A stretch of DNA of 64,000 nucleotides from an uncultured Desulfobulbaceae bacterium (GTDB lineage Bacteria > Desulfobacterota > Desulfobulbia > Desulfobulbales > Desulfocapsaceae), in contig CAMZKN010000065.1 of the NCBI GenBank assembly GCA_947311315.1, positions 2,648-66,647 of the forward strand. The letters run 5' to 3'. Position numbers and translations under genes: made by a program. The notes under the pieces were generated by a model. The model was not told the DNA's origin. It made no database searches and was given only the letters and a program-made list of their open reading frames with translations. Each line of letters starts with the position of its first letter. Within the stretch, counting starts at the first letter, position 1. This document shows positions 59,103 to 64,000 of the stretch, piece after piece.

Positions 59103-59588
59103 TTATTTTGTTTTGGCGGCACGGGACATGGCGATTATCCCGGTTCTAACAATTTCTTTAATTCCAATGGGTCGAAGTATATCGATGACAGCCTTGATTT
59201 TAGATGCCGATCCAGTAATTTCAACGGCGTAACTTTTCGCACTCACATCGACTACCTTGCCACGGAATATATCTATTACGCGCAAAACTTCAGCCCTGGT
59301 ATGTGCTTCCGCATTTATGCGGATGAGTACCATTTCACGTTCCACATATTCTTTTTCTGTTATATCAACTACTTTTATGACGTCGATAAGCTTGTGTAGC
59401 TGTTTGGTGATCTGCTCGATCACATTGTCATCACCTCGGGAAACGACAGTAAGATTAGAAACGTCGGGATCCAGAGTTTGAGCGACACAAAGGCTTTCAA
59501 TATTAAACCCACGTCCACTGAAGAGGCCAGTCACACGGGAAAGAACCCCTGGCTTATTTTGAAGAAGTACAGAAATTGTATGTTTCAT
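59103..59588 (-). CDS. ilvN: Acetolactate synthase small subunit
   Basis: SVLLQNKPGVLSRVTGLFSGRGFNIESL, KQLHKLIDVIKV, EIVRTG. Confidence 0.97.
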   Translation of the reverse strand: MKHTISVLLQNKPGVLSRVTGLFSGRGFNIESLCVAQTLDPDVSNLTVVSRGDDNVIEQITKQLHKLIDVIKVVDITEKEYVEREMVLIRINAEAHTRAEVLRVIDIFRGKVVDVSAKSYAVEITGSASKIKAVIDILRPIGIKEIVRTGIIAMSRAAKTK

Positions 59589-59662
59589 CTATAATGTCCT
59601 GCGTCTGATATTTTGAACAGTAAAAATCACAATTGACAGGTATCTGGGGAGCACAAATGCTG

Positions 59663-61363
59663 TTACACCAGCAGCATTTCAGTTGTTGCCTTACCCGCCG
59701 GTACCATCGGATATACACCTTCTTCTTTTTCAATTTTAAAATCCATGATAACTGTATTGTCTGTTGCCAGTGCTTCCTTTATAACGGGAATCACTTCATC
59801 TTTTTTGGTTGCCCGTAATCCGACAGCACCAAAAGCTTTGGCAAGATCAACAAAATCAGGGGTAACATCCATGGTTGTAGACGCATACCTGCGGTCGTAG
59901 AAGAGTTCCTGCCACTGTCTGACCATTCCAAGAAAACTATTGTTGAGAATAGCAATCTTGACTGGACATCCGTATTGCTTGGCAGTGGCCAGTTCCTGAA
60001 TATTCATTTGAATGGAGCCATCGCCTGCTATGTCTATGACGGTTTTATCGGGAAAGGCCATCTGGGCACCAATTGCGGCGGGAAGACCATAGCCCATGGT
60101 ACCCAATCCACCGGAAGTGACAAAATGACGCGGTTGATTGAACTTATAAAACTGAGCGGCCCACATCTGGTTTTGTCCAACCTCAGTGGTAATTATCGCC
60201 TCACCTTTTGTGAATTCAAGGAGCTTTTCAATGACGTACTGCGGTTTGATGATAGTATCGCTATCTGTATATGAGAGTGGATGTTTGGCTGTCCAGTCGC
60301 TGATGGTATCAAACCAGGGCTTATGTCGTGCTGCTTCTTCCGACAAGTCAAAGTTTGATTCTTTGTCAAACCATAAATTCATTGAGGTCAGTGCATTTTT
60401 ACAATCGGCGACAATGGGGATATCCACCTTCACGTTTTTGCTTATGGATGTGGGGTCAATATCGATATGGATGATTTTTGACTTACTGGCAAAGTCTTCA
60501 AGTTTGCCGGTCACCCGATCATCAAATCGGGATCCAACCGCGATGAGAAGATCACATTCCGCAACTGCCATATTGGCCGTATAGGTGCCGTGCATTCCCA
60601 ACATTCCCATGGACAGTTCGTGGGTGCCGGGAAAAGCGCCAAGACCCATCAGTGTCATGGTTACCGGGATATTGAGTTTTTGCGCGAGTTCGGTCAGTTC
60701 AGCGTTGGCATCTGAGAGTATAACGCCGCCACCAACGTAAAGGACTGGCCTTTTAGCAGCCATAATCAATCGGCAGGCCTTGGCAATCTGAACTGGATGG
60801 GGAACGTATGTCGGTTGGTAACTCGGCATCTGTACTGGTGTTTTAACAGGGTAATTCAGGCTGCTGGCCACAAGATCTTTTGGGAGATCGACGAGAACCG
60901 GACCTGGTCGCCCTGTTTTGGCGATATGGAAGGCTTCTCGTATCGTTGGTACCAGATCCTCAAGTTTGCTTACCAGATAATTATGTTTTGTACATGGCCT
61001 GGTGATACCGACAATATCGACTTCCTGAAAGGCGTCATTGCCAATAAGCGGTTGTGGCACCTGTCCGGTCAGTATAACAAGGGGGATTGAGTCCATATAT
61101 GCAGTGGCAATACCGGTGACACCGTTGGTTGCACCGGGGCCTGACGTGAGCAGGGCCACCCCAACTTCTCCAGTTACCCTTGAAAAACCGTCAGCAGCGT
61201 GAACAGCACCCTGTTCATGACGCACAAGCACATTTTTAATATCCGAGCTCATCAAGGCATCGTATAGGTCAAGTACTGCACCTCCTGGATAGCCGAAAAT
61301 TGTTTTAACGCCCTCTTCCTGGAGGCACTTGACAATTGCCTGGGATCCGGTGATTTTCCCCAT
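59663..61363 (-). CDS. ilvB: Acetolactate synthase large subunit
   Basis: FGYPGGAVL, RHEQGA, TSGPGATN, GMLGMHG, SGGLGTMGYGLP, GDGSIQMN, GMVRQWQ. Confidence 0.97.
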   Translation of the reverse strand: MGKITGSQAIVKCLQEEGVKTIFGYPGGAVLDLYDALMSSDIKNVLVRHEQGAVHAADGFSRVTGEVGVALLTSGPGATNGVTGIATAYMDSIPLVILTGQVPQPLIGNDAFQEVDIVGITRPCTKHNYLVSKLEDLVPTIREAFHIAKTGRPGPVLVDLPKDLVASSLNYPVKTPVQMPSYQPTYVPHPVQIAKACRLIMAAKRPVLYVGGGVILSDANAELTELAQKLNIPVTMTLMGLGAFPGTHELSMGMLGMHGTYTANMAVAECDLLIAVGSRFDDRVTGKLEDFASKSKIIHIDIDPTSISKNVKVDIPIVADCKNALTSMNLWFDKESNFDLSEEAARHKPWFDTISDWTAKHPLSYTDSDTIIKPQYVIEKLLEFTKGEAIITTEVGQNQMWAAQFYKFNQPRHFVTSGGLGTMGYGLPAAIGAQMAFPDKTVIDIAGDGSIQMNIQELATAKQYGCPVKIAILNNSFLGMVRQWQELFYDRRYASTTMDVTPDFVDLAKAFGAVGLRATKKDEVIPVIKEALATDNTVIMDFKIEKEEGVYPMVPAGKATTEMLLV

Positions 61364-61511
61364 AAATCTATTCCTTTAGACAGAGTTTTGAAATTGTTTT
61401 GTTCTGGTAACTCGTCTTTTAATTTTAAAGTGAGTTTGACCAGACCATTCTTCGGCACATGAATCCTGCCGGGATCACTATTATGTGAAGAGTATATAGA
61501 AGAATTTTATA

Positions 61512-61651
61512 CTAACGCAGACAAGCTGCAAGTAAGTGCCTCGAAGATCTCTATACTTTCGCTATCTGGAGGTATATACTTATTTCCCCAGTTAAATACT
61601 TCACTCATTTTCTTGTTGTTTATTATAGCTTTTATGTAGTAAGGCACTAAA
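61512..61651 (+). repeat. Dispersed intergenic repeat, copy C (with an internal insertion of about 24 nt)
   Basis: CTAACGCAGACAAGCTGCAAGTAAGTGCCT...GTAGTAAGGCACTAAA. Confidence 0.88.
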
Positions 61652-61762
61652 CAGAAAAATATATCTGTGAATATACGTAATGTCAACCGGCAAAACTGTA
61701 ACCACCTGAGATTTGCGAAAAGAAAACTGTTTGCGAAAAAACGTAAGAATTCAAAAACCGGC

Positions 61763-61792
61763 TTGACAGGAGCGGGGTGGGGTGAGTATCTT
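61763..61792 (+). promoter_or_regulatory. Candidate sigma70 promoter for the leu leader
   Basis: TTGACA (61763-61768), 18-nt spacer, TATCTT (61787-61792). Confidence 0.45.
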
Positions 61793-61829
61793 CTGGGAAT
61801 CAAGAGCATATTTATATGGTGACAATATT

Positions 61830-61904
61830 ATGAAACGCAGCCTCCTCTCTCTACTACTTGAGCTTCTACTAAGTGAAGCCGTGGCTGATGCGGGGAAGAT
61901 GTAG
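61830..61904 (+). CDS. leuL: Leu-rich leader peptide MKRSLLSLLLELLLSEAVADAGKM
   Basis: 24 codons, 8 of them Leu (4 CTA), upstream of leuA and followed by a terminator. Confidence 0.85.
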   Translation: MKRSLLSLLLELLLSEAVADAGKM

Positions 61905-61966
61905 GTTACTAGTTAAACTATATAAACCCTTCAAGGCCACGGTTTAAAACCGTGGCCTTTTTTTTT
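61879..61966 (+). promoter_or_regulatory. Leucine transcription attenuator (antiterminator + terminator)
   Basis: Terminator AAGGCCACGGTT / AACCGTGGCCTT + T run (61933-61966). CCGTGGC at 61879-61885 can alternatively pair with GCCACGG at 61936-61942. Confidence 0.85.
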
Positions 61967-62000
61967 GCTTTTTTAACGCGGGAAAACCAAAGGAGAAAAC

Positions 62001-63674
62001 ATGAATCCGGATTTAGTAAAAAAGTACAGCCCCCAACCACCAGTCGACTTGCCAGATCGTACATGGCCTGGAAAAACTATTTTGAACCCACCTACCTGGT
62101 GCAGTGTAGATCTTCGTGATGGGAACCAGGCGCTTATTCATCCCATGAATCATGAAAAAAAACTAGAGATGTTCAGGTTGCTGCTGGATATCGGATTTAA
62201 AGAAATTGAAGTTGGTTTCCCTTCTGCCTCCCTTGTCGAATACCAGTTTATTCGTACCCTGATAGAAGACAACCTGATTCCTGAAGACGTGGTTATACAG
62301 GTGTTGACTCCGGCCAGGGAAGCGCTGATAAAAGAAACATTTGCCTCGGTGCGCGGAGCACGTGAGGTTATTATGCATTTGTATAATTCAACCTCAACCC
62401 TGCAGCGACGAACCGTTTTTAATATGAGTCGCAAAGAGATTATTACTCTTGCTATAACAGGTGCAAAAATTGTACGGGATCAGGTCGAAAAATATCCGGC
62501 CACAAAATTCAGATATGAGTATTCACCCGAGAGCTTTACCGGTACCGAGCTTGATTTTGCTCTGGAAATCTGTGAAGCGGTAAAAGAAATATGGCAACCT
62601 GAGCCTGATAATAAGATGATAATCAATCTACCTGCCACGGTTGAGATGACGTCACCCAATATATATGCAGATCAGATAGAGTGGTTTAGTAATAATGTTT
62701 CCGATCGTGATTCTGTCATTATAAGTCTACATGCCCATAATGATAGGGGATGTGCGGTTGCAGCAACTGAGCTTGCCATGATGGCAGGCGGTGAAAGGGT
62801 GGAAGGTACTCTTTTTGGTAATGGTGAGCGCACTGGAAATGTCGATATCATAACGCTTGCTCTGAATATGTTTACGCAAGGAGTTGATCCAGAGCTTAAT
62901 TTTGAGGATATTAATCATTTGATAGACGTGTATGAGAAAGTCTGTCGAATGGATATCCATCAGCGGCAACCCTATGCCGGAGAACTGGTGTACACCGCCT
63001 TTTCCGGTTCCCATCAGGATGCAATCAATAAGGGGATGACCAGACACAAAGAATCTGACACTAACCTCTGGGAAGTTCCGTACCTGCCAATTGACCCGGC
63101 AGATGTAGGCCGAACATATGAAGAAGTGATTCGTATAAACAGCCAGTCCGGTAAAGGCGGTGTTGCCTATATCATGGAAGAATTTGGTTTCAAAATGCCC
63201 AAAAGCATGCATCCCGAATTTGGTACAATTATCCAGAGTGTTACAGATAGGGAAGGGCGGGAACTTCTGCATGATGAAATATTCAACGCATTCTCTGAAG
63301 AATACCTTGTTTCAGAAACACCCTATGAAATTAAATCATTCCACGTCCATAAACGACACGTTGCCGCAAGCGAGGATGATTCCTTTGCCGATGTGGATGC
63401 CACGCTGCTTATTAATGGTGAGGAGAAAACAATTGCAGCCTCCGGTAACGGCCCGCTTGATGCATTTTGTTCTGCGCTAAAGGCAGATGTGACCGGCGAT
63501 TTTCGTCTGCGTAATTACCACGAGCACGCACTTAACAGTGGCTCAAGTTCCAAGGCTGCAGCCTATATCGAGATAGAACATCCGGATGGTACTGTAACGT
63601 GGGGTGTTGCGGTTGATACTGATATTATCATTGCCTCTGTTAAGGCTGTGTTGAGTAGTTTGAACAGGGCTTGA
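62001..63674 (+). CDS. leuA: 2-isopropylmalate synthase (yeast/actinobacterial-like long type)
   Basis: WCSVDLRDGNQAL, YSPESF, NLPATVEM, SLHAHNDRG, FGNGERTGNVD, TAFSGSHQDAI, GNGPLDAF. Confidence 0.97.
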   Translation: MNPDLVKKYSPQPPVDLPDRTWPGKTILNPPTWCSVDLRDGNQALIHPMNHEKKLEMFRLLLDIGFKEIEVGFPSASLVEYQFIRTLIEDNLIPEDVVIQVLTPAREALIKETFASVRGAREVIMHLYNSTSTLQRRTVFNMSRKEIITLAITGAKIVRDQVEKYPATKFRYEYSPESFTGTELDFALEICEAVKEIWQPEPDNKMIINLPATVEMTSPNIYADQIEWFSNNVSDRDSVIISLHAHNDRGCAVAATELAMMAGGERVEGTLFGNGERTGNVDIITLALNMFTQGVDPELNFEDINHLIDVYEKVCRMDIHQRQPYAGELVYTAFSGSHQDAINKGMTRHKESDTNLWEVPYLPIDPADVGRTYEEVIRINSQSGKGGVAYIMEEFGFKMPKSMHPEFGTIIQSVTDREGRELLHDEIFNAFSEEYLVSETPYEIKSFHVHKRHVAASEDDSFADVDATLLINGEEKTIAASGNGPLDAFCSALKADVTGDFRLRNYHEHALNSGSSSKAAAYIEIEHPDGTVTWGVAVDTDIIIASVKAVLSSLNRA

Positions 63675-63700
63675 TGGATTTTTTTTACCCTTGATACTTT

Positions 63701-64000
63701 TTACACAAATTGTATGCTCTTCGTAATCTGTTGAAAGAAATCCTTCGACCAAATTTCAATCGCATCGTTGTTTTTGATAAATAAGGCTGCATCCGTACGG
63801 GCCTGGCGGATGTCAAGATGATCAATCGACTGCATAAGTATTGTAAAAAACAGATTTTTGTCCAGTGTGGTCTTCTCGGGTAAATGTCCACTTTGGAGCA
63901 TACGTTGTTCCAGGTGGGCAAGGTGCAATTGCGGGTGATTGCTGATGTGTGGCTTTTTTCCCGTTGCTCCACCTGTATGTCAAATCCGAACCCATACACT
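63701..64000 (-). pseudogene. AbiEii/AbiGii-type nucleotidyltransferase remnant with an apparent internal deletion
   Basis: One frame reads FGFDIQVEQREKSHTSAI (mid-protein segment). It switches directly to NHPQLHLAHLEQRMLQSGH...WSKDFF (C-terminal segment) in another frame. Family call is from remembered resemblance; truncated by the window edge. Confidence 0.6.

Noticed and set aside
61364-61511. Ile/Val/Leu leader peptide upstream of ilvB
   Set aside because: No short ORF enriched in branched-chain codons with a terminator on the minus strand, unlike the clear leader before leuA.
8614-61651. Repeat family read as CRISPR repeats
   Set aside because: Copies are dispersed singly over tens of kb, not arrayed with spacers, and there are no cas genes.

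Overview
Core-genome window of an AT-rich anaerobic deltaproteobacterium. Gene content and protein style suggest a Desulfobulbales/Desulfocapsaceae-like sulfate reducer (inference, not database-checked). About 4.4-24 kb is a complete propionate/methylmalonyl-CoA cluster: prpE, sucCD, a transcarboxylase-like carboxyltransferase plus fused 5S/biotin subunit, meaB, mutase, epimerase, a second Na+-translocating decarboxylase set mmdA-D-C-B, and two paralogous TetR genes. A repeated palindromic operator GTAAC(A/G)ATGTTAC links these units. Further along are rnd, yejBE, mlaEFDC and a fatty-acid synthesis operon in which an acyl-CoA dehydrogenase-EtfB-EtfA(ferredoxin) module sits between fabH and fabG. 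Then come rpiB, nrdR, ribD, ihfA, pilC, yggS, tatD, mglBA plus a 994-aa acidic repeat protein, a Rieske/cytochrome b pair, coaD, rsmD, psd, ilvBN and leuA. Features not shown by the ORF track: a 139-bp MITE in the 5' end of the cytochrome b gene, a dispersed ~115-140 bp intergenic repeat family (3 near-full and 3 partial copies), a Leu-rich attenuator upstream of leuA, two frameshifted genes, a truncated DUF4390-like gene at the left edge and an internally deleted AbiEii-like remnant at the right edge. No tRNA, rRNA, CRISPR array, transposase or integrase was recognised.
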